A DNA stretch of 61,311 bases, counting the filler. It is 5 parts of 5 records of this genome, joined end to end, with 100 filler letters (N's around TTAATTAATTAA, not from the genome) between each part and the next. Parts side by side here need not be neighbours in the genome. Positions count along the whole stretch, not along the records: positions 1 to 8,788 come from SRR20825010_4815; 4 more parts are not named here. One strand, written 5' to 3'. Below, piece by piece: positions 1 to 8,678 of the stretch. The position numbers were made by a program, and so were the translations under genes. The notes below the pieces were generated by a model. That model saw only the letters and a list, made by a program, of their open reading frames with translations. It was not told the DNA's origin and searched no databases. Each line of letters opens with the position of its first letter. Position 1 is the stretch's first letter.

Positions 1-64
1 ATCGCAGAATGGGACGATCAGGGTAATTTGTTGACCTAGAAAAAAATAGCTTCATGAAATTTGG

Positions 65-98
65 AAAGCCCACATCGCATTCAAGATGTGGGCTTTTT
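65..98 (+). terminator. Rho-independent terminator after a truncated upstream gene (stop at 37-39)
   Basis: AAAGCCCACATC-GCATTCAA-GATGTGGGCTTT perfect stem followed by a T-run. Confidence 0.8.
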
Positions 99-198
99 AA
101 TGGATAGAATCATCAGAACCTCTTTTGAATTGATTTGTGTTTGTCCGATTATTGTTCAACGCAATTATTATCTTAAAATGTTTTAAATATCAATATAA

Positions 199-999
199 AT
201 GAACGTAGTCAGCTATAGTCCCCAAAAACCTTTCGATTCATTTTTTAGGGAATGCTACTACATCCATATAAACAAGGAAAAGGCAAATCGCCGCATTCCA
301 GTTATCGATGATTGCTGTTATGATTTTGTGTTTTTCAAAGAAACCAAAGGTGTTTTTCATTTCGGCCCTGATCATAATTGTACCTCTATTGACAGTAGTA
401 TTTTTACCATTCATGATGTTGCGCCGCCATACCGAATTGAGGCAGCTGACTCACTGACTTTTTTCACCATCAAATTACAGCCATGGGCAAACGCTTATTT
501 CTTCTCAACATTGAAAAACTCCGGAGTAGTAGATATAAGTCATCTCGATGCAAATTTGATTTCGCTTCATGAACAAGTTTTCAGAACAAATGAAGTGACC
601 GAAAAATTCTCTTTGGCAGAGGAATTCATGACTCAGAACACGATGGAACCAACTCCCTCCATGGCGTTGGTTCGCGACATTTGTGAATATATCTATGCTA
701 AACAGGGTAAAGTTACCGTGAATGAGTTAAGCCATCAATTTGAGCGTTCCAGGCAATACTTGGGTAAAACCTTTAAAAAAGAAGTGATGTACAGTCTTAA
801 GAGATTCATCGTTACCGTACGAATATTGGACTTGGTCAAATTCAAGGCTAAAAACCCGGATATTTCACTCACGGAGCTCAGCTATGACTATGGTTATTTT
901 GACCAACCTCATTTCATCAATGACTTTAAAAAGATTTGTGGGGTCGCACCTCAACAGTTTTTCAATAATCTGCCAGAGTTTTTAATGCGCCATCAATAG
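199..999 (+). CDS. AraC-family transcriptional regulator (DUF6597-like N-terminus)
   Basis: C-terminal AraC HTH signature LTELSYDYGYFDQPHFINDFKKICGVAP; 266 aa. Confidence 0.9.
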   Translation: MNVVSYSPQKPFDSFFRECYYIHINKEKANRRIPVIDDCCYDFVFFKETKGVFHFGPDHNCTSIDSSIFTIHDVAPPYRIEAADSLTFFTIKLQPWANAYFFSTLKNSGVVDISHLDANLISLHEQVFRTNEVTEKFSLAEEFMTQNTMEPTPSMALVRDICEYIYAKQGKVTVNELSHQFERSRQYLGKTFKKEVMYSLKRFIVTVRILDLVKFKAKNPDISLTELSYDYGYFDQPHFINDFKKICGVAPQQFFNNLPEFLMRHQ

Positions 1000-1059
1000 G
1001 GTTTCCATTTTTACAATTAAATTACCGTAGGTTGTAGGTTCTTTGCATAAAAGGAAAAC

Positions 1060-2373
1060 ATGAGGTATTTTTTGTTCATTTTTGGAATGATGGTGTTCGT
1101 GGCCTGTGGTCAAAATTCAATCCAAAAGGAAAAAACGGTTTCAACTAAGTTAGCGTATGTCCGTGATTCACTGGATACCTATTTCACTAAGTTAACGGAA
1201 TTACGAAAGTTCAACGGAGTAGTGCTGGCATATAAGAATGATACACTTTTGCTGGATAAGGCGTATAATTTGAGCGCGCAACCCAATAACATGGCCTATG
1301 TGACCACAAATCATCAGTTTGATATCCATTCCGTTTCCAAATTGATGGCCTATTATTTGGTTGCCCAATTGGAGTTGGAAGGAAAGCTTTCCATTGATCA
1401 GACCTTGGATACTTATTTTGATGGTTTTTCCAAAGGGAACGAGATAACCTTGAAAATGCTCTTGGAACATAAGTCTGGTCTGCCCAGGGAATTGATTGGT
1501 TTTGAGGGTGAGGAATACCTACTGACATCTGATGAAATACTGGAATTGTCCAAAGAACAAAAACTATTGTTTCAACCTGGGACGGATGTGCAATATTCCA
1601 ATGTTGGGTATGAAATATTGTACTGTATAGTGTCTAAAATATATGGAAAATCATTCTCTCAATGTGTGGTCGACGAAATTTTTGAACCGTTGGGAATGGA
1701 TTCTAGCGGAGCTCACTTTTTTGTTGAAAAAAATCGAGTGAAACTGATGGCGCAGAATCATGTGTTTAAAGATGATGCTTTGGAACCGGTTGATAATATA
1801 CAGAAAGATGAATTCCGAAGCGCACGTCTTTTTTCAACGGCCAAGGACCTCAAAAAATTTATGGATCACATCAAGCAGGAACCATACGCTTCATTTTTGA
1901 TGGATAAATATGGAGTTATTGCAAAAGATGGTGGTTCCAAAGGTATCCGGGCTCAGGTGTACAGTGATTTAGAAAACCATTTTGATTTTGTATTGCTCGC
2001 TAATTATGATGGAATGCCCTTTTTTGATACCATTGATGATATGGTCAAATTGATGAAGTCAGAACCTGTAGATTACCCGAAAGAAATTAACAGAGTCGCC
2101 ATTCAGGTTGATGAAGAAGTGCTCCAAGAGTACACAGGAGCTTATACTTTTGCCGATTTTGACGGGTTGGTTTTGGAGATTAAAATTGAGGGTGACCATT
2201 TGATTGTTTTACAGGAAGATGAAAAAGTAGGAGAGTTGAAGGCAGAAAGCCTTACGGTATTTTTTGAAGATCCCAAGTCGGCCGAGTCCTTTGAGTTCAT
2301 TCTAAACGAATCTGGTACCTACGATGCCTTAATGGGTTGGAAGGGTATTATTGTTGAAGGTAAAAGGAAGTAA
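1060..2373 (+). CDS. Serine hydrolase, beta-lactamase class C/AmpC-like family, predicted lipoprotein
   Basis: Lipobox FVAC; SxxK (HSVSK); LLEHKSGLP; YxN (YSNVGY); C-terminal DUF3471-like domain (YTGAYTF). Confidence 0.85.
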   Translation: MRYFLFIFGMMVFVACGQNSIQKEKTVSTKLAYVRDSLDTYFTKLTELRKFNGVVLAYKNDTLLLDKAYNLSAQPNNMAYVTTNHQFDIHSVSKLMAYYLVAQLELEGKLSIDQTLDTYFDGFSKGNEITLKMLLEHKSGLPRELIGFEGEEYLLTSDEILELSKEQKLLFQPGTDVQYSNVGYEILYCIVSKIYGKSFSQCVVDEIFEPLGMDSSGAHFFVEKNRVKLMAQNHVFKDDALEPVDNIQKDEFRSARLFSTAKDLKKFMDHIKQEPYASFLMDKYGVIAKDGGSKGIRAQVYSDLENHFDFVLLANYDGMPFFDTIDDMVKLMKSEPVDYPKEINRVAIQVDEEVLQEYTGAYTFADFDGLVLEIKIEGDHLIVLQEDEKVGELKAESLTVFFEDPKSAESFEFILNESGTYDALMGWKGIIVEGKRK

Positions 2374-2381
2374 AAAGGGAA

Positions 2382-3284
2382 TTACTTGTTCAATTCACTA
2401 TAGGGCACAAAAAGAATATTGTATTTTTTGGCGTAGGTGTAGGTAAATTGAGCCCCAAAGAATAAAATCATGCAGGAATAAGAAACCCATAATAGAACCA
2501 ACACAATGGCACCAGCAGCGCCATAGGTAGAGCCGGGGTTGGCCTCTCCAAAATAAAGGCCCAAGAGAAATTTACCTATCACAAATAAAATGGCAGTAAT
2601 AAAGGCCCCGAACCAAACTGCTCGCCATTTGATCTTGGCATCGGGCAGGAATTTGAACATAAGAGCGAACATTACGGTGATTATACCTAAAGATGACATG
2701 ATGTCCACCAAGTATGCAAGGTATACAGCAGCTTCCGAAATGAAACTTTTAAGATAATCGTTAAGGGCCGTAATGGCGGCGGTTAAGATAAAACTGATCA
2801 GTAATAAAAATCCGATTACCAGAATAAAGGCAAAACTCTTGGCCCGCTCCGAAACCAATTTCCAAAAGTTGAATCCGGGAGAGCCAGAAATACGCCATAT
2901 CTCGTTCAGGGATATTTTCAGTTGGTAAAATACTCCAGTGGCACCAAAAAGTAAGGTCGAGATACCAATAATTGTGGAGATTAAATTTTTATCCTTGTTT
3001 TGGGTGTCCTCAATAATTTCCTGAATCGTCTCGGCCGCGTTCGGTCCCAAAGCAATGGCAAACTCCTTGGTCAATCTGCCTTCAACGATGTCCACGCCCC
3101 AAATGGCACCTACCACATTGATGATGATTACCAACAGGGCGGGTAAGGACAGTACGGCATAGTAAGCGACCACTGCGCTCAGACGCCATGGGTTGGCTTT
3201 GCTCCAAGCTTTAAAAGTGTCCGCAAAGAGATGCGGGAAATCCTTCAACTTAAAACGCTTGGCGTATGTATATCCTTCTTTCAA
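2382..3284 (-). CDS. YihY/virulence factor BrkB family membrane protein
   Basis: SAVVAYYAVLSLP, LNEIW and STYGAAGAIVLVLLWVSYS motifs; multiple TM segments. Confidence 0.9.
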   Translation of the reverse strand: MKEGYTYAKRFKLKDFPHLFADTFKAWSKANPWRLSAVVAYYAVLSLPALLVIIINVVGAIWGVDIVEGRLTKEFAIALGPNAAETIQEIIEDTQNKDKNLISTIIGISTLLFGATGVFYQLKISLNEIWRISGSPGFNFWKLVSERAKSFAFILVIGFLLLISFILTAAITALNDYLKSFISEAAVYLAYLVDIMSSLGIITVMFALMFKFLPDAKIKWRAVWFGAFITAILFVIGKFLLGLYFGEANPGSTYGAAGAIVLVLLWVSYSCMILFFGAQFTYTYAKKYNILFVPYSELNK

Positions 3285-3385
3285 ACGATAAAATTAGATG
3301 GTACAAAAGCTATTAAGGAATGAATTTAATCGTTCTTGGAACCAAGAATTGCTCGAAAAGCAATAATTGTTGACTGAATAGAAAC

Positions 3386-3421
3386 AAAAAACCCTATAAA
3401 CATTGTGTTTACAGGGTTTTT
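3386..3421 (-). terminator. Terminator directly downstream (minus strand) of the displaced tRNA 3' fragment
   Basis: Minus strand AAAAACCCTGTAAACA-CAA-TGTTTATAGGGTTTTTT; the single + strand mismatch becomes a G-U pair on the minus strand. Confidence 0.8.
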
Positions 3422-3422
3422 C

Positions 3423-3436
3423 TGTACTCGAGGCGG
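3423..3436 (-). repeat. Putative att site: 3' fragment of a tRNA (probably tRNA-Leu)
   Basis: Minus strand CCGCCTCGAGTACA resembles the T-stem 3' arm, acceptor strand and discriminator of flavobacterial tRNA-Leu as I recall it; no GTTCRA T-loop precedes it; it lies between a terminator and an integrase. Confidence 0.65.
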
Positions 3437-3576
3437 AAACACTAAATTGCAATTTCATATCTTTCCAAACTTACAGTAAACACAGAAGATACTTCTGTAA
3501 ATACAATGATATAAATACTTTACAAAGATATGACAGATTTGTAAAGATTGTATAATGTTGCATTATATTGTTGATG

Positions 3577-3614
3577 ACCGTACAAAATCTCATACATTTG
3601 TACGGTTAATTTTG
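3577..3614 (+). promoter_or_regulatory. Integrase promoter region with inverted repeat
   Basis: ACCGTACAAA-N10-TTTGTACGGT (3577-3606) with two Bacteroidota -7 boxes TAnnTTTG (TACATTTG 3593-3600; TAATTTTG 3607-3614). Confidence 0.6.
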
Positions 3615-3624
3615 TATTTCGATT

Positions 3625-4935
3625 ATGGCAACTCTTAATTTCCTTTACCGCTCCACTAAAGAAAACGAATGCTTGAACGTTCGTTTATTATTTAGATATA
3701 ATGACGTTGATTATACGCAGGGAGCAAAAACCAAACTGCTAATTTACTCGTATGATGAACTAGTTGAAAATCCTAAATTAAGCGGAAAGCACTATTGGAA
3801 AAAGTTGCACGGGAAAACAAAAGCTAAAGACATTGACTTACTGAATAAGCAAACGGAGATTAACTCCAAGCTGAACGAAATAACTAACTATATCCTCAAA
3901 GCGTTTCAATTAACAGGGGGCGAAACGGTCTCAAATGATGCCAGTTGGTTGAAAGACACCCTAGAGATGTATTACAACCCTCCCAAAGCTGTTAGCACCC
4001 TCCCTACTAAGCTTGTAACTTTCTTTGACTATTACATTGATAAAAGAGGTGCAGAAATGACAGAGCATCGGATTAGGAATATTAAGGTAACAAAACACAA
4101 GCTTGAAAAATTGGAGAGCAAGCTAAGGAGGAAAATCAATGTCGCTGATGTTAACGAGAATTTCAAAAATGATTTTGTGGATTATTGTACACTGAATTCT
4201 TATGCGCCTAATACTCAACAAAGAGAACTTTCGTTAATTAAAACTGTTTGCCGCTATGCAAGGTATCTGGGGTTGGAAACACATCCACAAATGGACACTC
4301 TGAAAATTGCGGGGAGCATTACACATAGTGTTTATTTAAACGAAAATGAAATTGATGCAATCCGGGATGTGGAACTTGAACTTGATTATTTGGACAATGC
4401 AAGGGACTGGTTGCTGATTAGCTGCAATGTAGGGCAGAGGGTCAGTGATTTCATGCGCTTTAGTCCTAAAATGATTAGGATAGAGGAAGGCAAACATTTG
4501 TTAGAGTTCAAGCAAAAGAAAACGAAAAAACTAATGACAATCCCGTTGTCAAAGGAAGTTCGTGAGATTTTAAAGAAACATGATGGAAATTTCCCTAGAG
4601 CTACCTCAAGTCAGAAATACAACAATTACATTAAAGAAGTTTGCAGGCTAGCAGGGATTAACGAAATGGTCGATGGCAAAAGGCGAATTTGCATAGCCCC
4701 CGAGGGAGTAAAGCCAACTAAAAACCATTATAGGGATGTTAAGGGAAAGTTTGAAAAATGGGAATTGGTTAGCTCGCACATTGGAAGGCGTTCTTTCGCC
4801 ACGAACTATTACGGCAGAGTGCCAACCACTTTTTTAATCAATATCACCGGCCATAGTTCAGAAAAAATGTTTCTCAATTATATCAAGAAAAGCAATAAAG
4901 ATCTAGCTATAGAAAGCTATGATTATTTCAACTAA
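3625..4935 (+). CDS. Tyrosine recombinase/integrase (Bacteroidota type with arm-binding and SAM-like domains)
   Basis: Catalytic residues R (GQRVSD), K (KQKKT), HxxR (SHIGRRSFATN), H (TGHSSE), Y (FLNYI). Confidence 0.95.
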   Translation: MATLNFLYRSTKENECLNVRLLFRYNDVDYTQGAKTKLLIYSYDELVENPKLSGKHYWKKLHGKTKAKDIDLLNKQTEINSKLNEITNYILKAFQLTGGETVSNDASWLKDTLEMYYNPPKAVSTLPTKLVTFFDYYIDKRGAEMTEHRIRNIKVTKHKLEKLESKLRRKINVADVNENFKNDFVDYCTLNSYAPNTQQRELSLIKTVCRYARYLGLETHPQMDTLKIAGSITHSVYLNENEIDAIRDVELELDYLDNARDWLLISCNVGQRVSDFMRFSPKMIRIEEGKHLLEFKQKKTKKLMTIPLSKEVREILKKHDGNFPRATSSQKYNNYIKEVCRLAGINEMVDGKRRICIAPEGVKPTKNHYRDVKGKFEKWELVSSHIGRRSFATNYYGRVPTTFLINITGHSSEKMFLNYIKKSNKDLAIESYDYFN

Positions 4936-4943
4936 TAAACAGT

Positions 4944-5750
4944 ATGGAAGAAAATAAGAAACCCTTGTCAAGGGAAGAAATTGAAATAAGCAATATTGTT
5001 GGGGTTGATAGTACTATATACGGAAAAGACAAAATCATTAACCTGAATACATTAATCCATAAAATCAATTCTGATTATAAATTTATTCAAGCAAATTTCG
5101 AGGATAGCTTGACTATTAATTATTTAAAGTACCAGTGCTTTTTGTTGGAAGAGTTTATTTTAGATGCCCAAGAATACGCCGATGTAACCAATGTAACCGA
5201 AAAACGGAAGAAGGCCTTGATAGGGAACATTAAAGGGGCTAGGGAAATACAAGAACGTTTCGAAAACGTTCTTATTGAGCTTGGAACTTTTAGGGATATT
5301 GATAATGAAAATGAACTTTTTGCCGCTTTTGACTTCAATCTAGATAGTGATAATTCGGGTAATATTATAAATTCAAAACCGAATCTAGTTCATGGCAATA
5401 AATGTAAAGATAAAGCAAAAACTTTTCCCACTAATTATAAGGAGGAAGCCGCTCTAAAAATTGCTCAAAAAGACCTTACCGCTTATTTAACTCGCGATGA
5501 AAATGGAATAAAGTATGGAAGTTCCTCTGAAATATGCAAAGAATTAGGGCTTGATTCGTCTAAACATGGCAAATACATTACAGGAACATTAAATCAATAT
5601 AAACCTGATGCCACAAGTGGAAATGGTAGTAAGAATATTTTCAATGATTCTAAGTTACTGCCGAAGGTTGTGAAGCATTGTGATGATAATAACATCCAAA
5701 TCACACCCTATTTTCAAAAAAAACTTGACCTTTCCAATTCTAAACTATAA
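4944..5750 (+). CDS. Hypothetical protein between integrase and HTH
   Basis: 268-aa ORF in AT-rich DNA, 8 bp after the integrase stop; no motif recognised. Confidence 0.75.
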   Translation: MEENKKPLSREEIEISNIVGVDSTIYGKDKIINLNTLIHKINSDYKFIQANFEDSLTINYLKYQCFLLEEFILDAQEYADVTNVTEKRKKALIGNIKGAREIQERFENVLIELGTFRDIDNENELFAAFDFNLDSDNSGNIINSKPNLVHGNKCKDKAKTFPTNYKEEAALKIAQKDLTAYLTRDENGIKYGSSSEICKELGLDSSKHGKYITGTLNQYKPDATSGNGSKNIFNDSKLLPKVVKHCDDNNIQITPYFQKKLDLSNSKL

Positions 5751-5844
5751 TATTAAATCTTGGTACTGAAGCAGTACTGTACTGCACAATAGTACCAATC
5801 TATATCAAATAAGTTTACGGTGTTAATTGCTAAAACTTAGAGAT

Positions 5845-6129
5845 ATGGAATCACTTCAATTCATTTCTACCACTCCTGAAAAATTAGCTAATCTAATAAG
5901 TGAAGGAGTTAGGTTGGAACTTCAAGAATTACGCAAAGAACTTCTTCAAGAAAATGCGAATGACGAATTATTAACCCGTGATGAAACGTGTGAACTTTTG
6001 TCCATAAATCCAAGCACGCTTTGGGCTTGGACCAATAAAGGTAAGATAAAAGCTTACGGTATTTCAGGGAGTCGGCGTTACTACAAGCGCTCTGAAATAA
6101 TGGATGCCTTGAAACTGCTTAAAAAATAA
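5845..6129 (+). CDS. Helix-turn-helix (HTH_17/MerR-like) protein, excisionase-like
   Basis: ELLTRDETCELLSINPSTLWAWTNKGKIKAYGISGSRRYYKRSEI; ATG at 5845 preferred over TTG at 5827. Confidence 0.9.
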   Translation: MESLQFISTTPEKLANLISEGVRLELQELRKELLQENANDELLTRDETCELLSINPSTLWAWTNKGKIKAYGISGSRRYYKRSEIMDALKLLKK

Positions 6130-6134
6130 AAGCC

Positions 6135-7583
6135 ATGAGTGAAAAGACACCGCATGGCTCAAAATCTAATTCTAAAGGCAAGAATAAAGGTAAGACAAAA
6201 AAGTTTTGGTCACCTCTCAATAAAGCCAACGGACAACCAAGCTATCAAATTAACCGAGCCTTACTTAGTGATTTTCTAAAAGATTCAGGTTATAGAAGAA
6301 TTTCTTTATTCGGCGAAGACCTAATCGTCCAGTTAATCGACAATATTGTCTATGAGAAGTCACCAGATGATGTATATCGAAACCTTCTTGAAGTCATAGA
6401 AGGGGAAGAAAACGATATTCTAAGAAGCTGTTATATCGAGCAAGGTGAAAACCTGCTTTTGTCAAAAAGAGCAATATTGACTGGTTTGCCCATCGTTTCC
6501 CTAAAACGGTATAAGGACACAAAAAAGTGCGTAACCCTATTTTTCAAAAACTGTATTGTAAAGATCGATGATAAAGAGATTAAGCAGCAAACATATAAGC
6601 AGTTCCGAAAAAAGAAAAGATACATAACAGCGAGTAAAATTATCGAAAGGAATTTTGCCTTGAACAATGGCTCAAGATGTGATTTTAATAGGTTCTTGGA
6701 ACTAATAACCAATGACAAGGAACATTTTAAAAGTATCTGTTCTGCTATCGGTTACCTTGTATCTAGCTATAAGAATCCTTCTTTGGCTAAAGCAGTTGTC
6801 ATTACTGACATATTAAGCCAAGTTAAAAACGAAGCCTACGGTAGGTCTGGGAAAGGATTAATCATAAAGGCTTTGTCCCATGTAATCAATGTTGTCGAAT
6901 ACAATGGTAAAGTAACCGACCTTACACATGATAAATTCGTTTTTCAGAACGTCAATTCCACAACCGACATAATTGTTCTACAAGATGTTACCAAAGGCTT
7001 TTTGTTCGAGAGCCTGTTCTCTACGCTAACAGATAACATGAGCATTGAACGAAAACATCGCTCCAAAATCAGTATTCCTTTCTCGGATAGTCCTAAGGTT
7101 GCCTTAACGACGAATTACACGATACCTCAGGAGACCGACAGTTTTAAGGACAGAAAACACATGTTGACCTTAAACAACTTTTTCAATGCACAGAACAAGC
7201 CTGAAAAACACTTTAAGGGGCTGTTATTCGATTGGAATAAAAAGCAATGGTCAAAGTTCGACAATTTCATAGCCCAATGCGTTCAATTGTTCCTTAAAGA
7301 AGGTCTTTTGGAATACGATAGCGCAGAGCTAAAAATTCAAAAATTGATAAATCTCACCTCAAAGGAATTTGTGGAGTTGATGGAGGAAGAGTATGATGTC
7401 CTTGATGGTTATTTCAGTTTGAAAAAGATAGCAGCAAGGGTAGAGGTTGGAACTAGTGAACCAAGGTCTAAAGGCAAAATAATTGCCAAATGGGTTGAAT
7501 CGTATGCCGCTTTCAAAGGGTACAAAGTGGACAGGAGACAAAGTGGCGGAATAGTCAAAATATGCTTTTTGAAAGCTGTTTGA
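6135..7583 (+). CDS. Superfamily-3-like helicase of the phage primase-helicase type, without a recognisable primase domain
   Basis: Walker A GRSGKG; Walker B-like IIVLQD; motif C TTNY; Arg-finger region SFKDRK; WSKFDNFIAQCVQLFL. Confidence 0.75.
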   Translation: MSEKTPHGSKSNSKGKNKGKTKKFWSPLNKANGQPSYQINRALLSDFLKDSGYRRISLFGEDLIVQLIDNIVYEKSPDDVYRNLLEVIEGEENDILRSCYIEQGENLLLSKRAILTGLPIVSLKRYKDTKKCVTLFFKNCIVKIDDKEIKQQTYKQFRKKKRYITASKIIERNFALNNGSRCDFNRFLELITNDKEHFKSICSAIGYLVSSYKNPSLAKAVVITDILSQVKNEAYGRSGKGLIIKALSHVINVVEYNGKVTDLTHDKFVFQNVNSTTDIIVLQDVTKGFLFESLFSTLTDNMSIERKHRSKISIPFSDSPKVALTTNYTIPQETDSFKDRKHMLTLNNFFNAQNKPEKHFKGLLFDWNKKQWSKFDNFIAQCVQLFLKEGLLEYDSAELKIQKLINLTSKEFVELMEEEYDVLDGYFSLKKIAARVEVGTSEPRSKGKIIAKWVESYAAFKGYKVDRRQSGGIVKICFLKAV

Positions 7584-7608
7584 TACAACTAAGCACCTAA
7601 TGAGAACT

Positions 7609-7934
7609 GTAGAAGAGCAATTTTTTTCATCTACAAATCGTAGAAGAAATAATCAAAGAAAAAACATCAAACTGCTTTAAAACGAAATAGAATCTAATTA
7701 GATACAATAATGAAAAATTTAAAAAACTTCCATTTTAGTCTTTTGATACAACAACAAAAATCTTCATCTACAAAGTGCATATTTTATTTTGAACTAATCT
7801 ACTCATGGCAACTACCACCATAGTTGGCTTAGATGTCAATTTGTAGAACGAGTAGATGTATTCCCATTTTAAACGCATGGAAAATAAAGCTATAAAAAAG
7901 AAGTAATTACACTTCTTATCTACTTAATCTACTC
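7609..7934. repeat. Iteron-like cluster (putative replication origin)
   Basis: Nine TCTAC/GTAGA copies in both orientations (7609, 7630, 7640, 7767, 7798, 7843, 7852, 7919, 7928), including TTCATCTACAAA x2, TAATCTACTC x2 and GTAGAAGA x2, around AT-rich DNA. Confidence 0.7.
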
Positions 7935-7970
7935 CTCAATATTAGAGTTTAACATAAACAATTAATAGAA

Positions 7971-8678
7971 ATGAAAAAGATTTTGATTTACCAAGAAAGT
8001 GAACATAGACAATTCGAGAAAACCCTATCAGAAACAATAGACACGCTAAAAGAGGCACAAACCGAACTTAAGAAACAGGGAGTTACAGGTGTGACTTTGG
8101 AGATGCAAAAAAGCGGTGAGTTTGTTGAAATATTTAATCAATACCACAAAAAACAGCAAGGAAAGGACAACATCACCAAGCACATGTTGTTCGACAAATA
8201 CTTGGAGCTTTACGGTTATGAAACCGAAAAACTGAAAAAGCTGGAAAGGAGATATCTAAGTCAAACTCAATGTGATTATCCGTTTTATGCAAGCAATGAT
8301 AGTTTTTACAAGTATTGCGAATCACATTGGCGACAGAAACCACAGCTCAAGGAATATTATGAAAAGGCACCGAACAAAAAGGTTTACAGGGTTTTTGACT
8401 TCTTGACTATAGACGGAAACAAATGCCACTTAGAAGTGCCAAAAGAATTTTTTACTTTATACTCTACTAGCAGAAAACAGTTTAAAATCATTGATAATGT
8501 TAAGACCTACGTAAGGATTTGTAAGGAATTAGATGTTGATTACGATGATATTTTAAAACCAATTGAAAAGTACCTAGATCACTTTATCAATACTTGGGCA
8601 GGAGTACAAAGGTTTGGTCTTAGCAGGGATTTAAACGAAATCAATTTCGATTTCAGAAAACTTTTAACGTATAAATAA
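7971..8678 (+). CDS. Hypothetical protein
   Basis: 235-aa ORF with an A-rich Bacteroidota-type initiation context; no motif recognised. Confidence 0.75.
   Translation: MKKILIYQESEHRQFEKTLSETIDTLKEAQTELKKQGVTGVTLEMQKSGEFVEIFNQYHKKQQGKDNITKHMLFDKYLELYGYETEKLKKLERRYLSQTQCDYPFYASNDSFYKYCESHWRQKPQLKEYYEKAPNKKVYRVFDFLTIDGNKCHLEVPKEFFTLYSTSRKQFKIIDNVKTYVRICKELDVDYDDILKPIEKYLDHFINTWAGVQRFGLSRDLNEINFDFRKLLTYK

Noticed and set aside
1-39. Gene tail IAEWDDQGNLLT*
   Set aside because: Probably a real CDS end, since a terminator follows, but too short to assign
1060-2373. Calling the serine hydrolase an antibiotic-resistance beta-lactamase
   Set aside because: Family motifs only; the third motif is KDG rather than KTG and the gene lies outside the mobile element; most such proteins are esterases or peptidases
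7630-7644. TCTAC-AAATC-GTAGA hairpin resembling the Cas12a crRNA stem (possible solitary repeat or RNA anti-CRISPR)
   Set aside because: Lacks the 5' AATT and the terminal T of the handle; better explained as two of nine iteron copies; no array or cas genes
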